The notes under the pieces: generated by a model | The model's database searches: none | What the model was told of the DNA's origin: nothing | The model's input: only the letters and a program-made list of their open reading frames with translations | Shown here: piece after piece, positions 62,631-64,000 of the stretch | How positions within the stretch are numbered: the stretch's first letter is position 1 | How the letters are laid out: each line of letters begins with the position of its first letter | Source: Podospora anserina | Taxonomy: Eukaryota | Length of the DNA: 64,000 nt | Direction of reading: 5' to 3' | Assembly: GCA_017654855.1 (NCBI GenBank) | Contig: CM030336.1 | Span: 806,001-870,000, forward strand | Translations under genes and position numbers: made by a program

Positions 62631-64000
62631 CTATGCCAAGTTTTGCTTATGTTTAAAGTTAAGAAAGCCATGCATGACGATTAAATCATCCCGATGGGCA
62701 ACCGTCACTGTGTCCTTGGCCACCATCTTGAGCAAGAAGTCCCCGTGAACGCGCCAAAAAGGAGGAAGAGAAAGGTGGCTTGCGTACGACTTGACTTCAG
62801 GGATGTCTTCAAGTTCAGCGAGCATATCTAACCGCTGCGAGTGAGAAAGATCACGGTGGAGCGTGTAAGTCCGATGATCTCCTTGATTCCTCCGAGAGAC
62901 GAAGCCCGTGAGACGGCATCAGCATGTCCGTCGGGTCTGGTCAAGATTTGCGAGAGAGCCAGGGTGGTTCTTCTGTTGAAAATGACATGTGTTTCGCGAG
63001 GGGTGAAAACGGGGCCCTGGAGTTTGACTGGTAACCGAGTGGCTCTGCACCGGCTTGAAGCATCCATGATGACTAGAAGACGTGTGGCCGAGTTCCACTC
63101 AATCTGCTGAATAGCTGCCGAGTGCACTTACAGTTCCGTAACTTGTTTCCCAGTCTTGATCTCATGTACAGGAACCGTGCCATCTTCCCGGCCGCAAAAA
63201 ACCAACTTGTCATCACCGACAGGTGTGATCACAGTGATGGCATTGCTTTCGTCAAAATAGCGATGCATCAGCTGACTCGGCTCAGGGGCAGCAGCTCGGG
63301 GTCTTCAGGGTCGGTAGAGTTGTCGTCAGTCATATTCTTTCTGACCAGGACAGCAGCAGGGTCCTGGATGGTATTGATCTTGCACCCTCAGGAGCCCGGG
63401 CAGTCACCTTCATTTGTGCACTTCTTCGGAGATTATCTGTAGCCGAGGTTAGTCAGGCAATAATGAGCAGAATGAAGCGGGCTACTAACAGTCTTTGTCA
63501 ACTAGCTCGATGGTGGTCTTGAAGCTATCACGGAGTATTATGTAACAAGAGTCCGAGTTGCTCGTAAATTTGCAGAGACGTCGGTGATCAGCTGGGGGAT
63601 GTTCAGCTCTCTCGTTCGGTAGCCCTGCACATCCGGTTAGCCCTTCTGTCCATGGTCAGCTCATAGTAATGAACAAGTTCCGTACCAATCACAGCAGATG
63701 TTTTATCCACAATCATTTCACCAGCTGTTGGTGTCCCTTCAAAAAATGACCACAGTTGGATATCTTTGGATACGTGACGGAGATTATCGTTGATATCCTG
63801 TTCTCACAAGTTAAACACGTAACCGCAGGTAACCGGTGGCAAAGACATAACGCGGGGCATCTTAAGGTGACAGTGTCCGAGTCTGGAAGCAGCTCCTTGA
63901 CATATGCTTCGGCGCCTGTTGGAATAGATAGGGCGAGATAGGACTTGAGGTAGACAGCCGAATTGGAGCCTCTATGGGGGGGTGTCCAAGAAGTACAATG
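62631..64000 (-). pseudogene. Decayed alpha/beta-hydrolase (PGAP1-like)-[NACHT]-WD40 NLR-like gene; continues beyond the window
   Basis: Minus-strand remnants FLDTPHRGSN, LWSFFEG..IVDKTSAVIG and ADHRRLCKF, then WD40-like LVFCGREDGTV..HEIKTGK..L*VHSAAIQQIEWN..MDASSR. Contains stops and frameshifts. Confidence 0.72.

Noticed and set aside
1-64000. CRISPR arrays, rRNA genes, telomeric repeats, Spok-type killer genes or a Starship captain recombinase
   Set aside because: No such repeat-spacer structure or recognisable motifs seen on either strand.

Overview
Eukaryotic DNA from a filamentous ascomycete, probably Sordariales/Podospora-like (inferred from short GT-AG introns with CTAAC/CTGAC branch sites, RIP-type mutation and gene content). 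Bases 1-16983 are an AT-rich island of nested, RIP-degraded transposons: two Ty3/Gypsy retroelements, two ~632-bp solo LTRs and a pogo/Fot1 DNA transposon. Bases ~17000-60000 are ordinary genes: an orphan coiled-coil protein, a GT31 glycosyltransferase, alpha-1,3-glucan synthase, a small secreted protein, aldose 1-epimerase, a DNA ligase, eIF3k, TSR4, CCT6, prenylcysteine oxidase, VID27, a DPR-repeat dehydrin-like protein, a pseudokinase and several hypotheticals. The window ends with tRNA-His and two pseudogenes. The most unusual signal is an antisense cassette in the 3' region of the chromodomain Gypsy element: a RIP-degraded, probably spliced Zn(II)2Cys6-type ORF followed by a 70-nt tRNA-like gene with a perfect Pol III B box. 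Also notable are an unannotated box C/D snoRNA in the eIF3k intron, a recombinant solo LTR joining two different Gypsy copies, and an NLR-like pseudogene missing its NACHT core. All alignments and RIP reversals were done by eye; no database searches were run.
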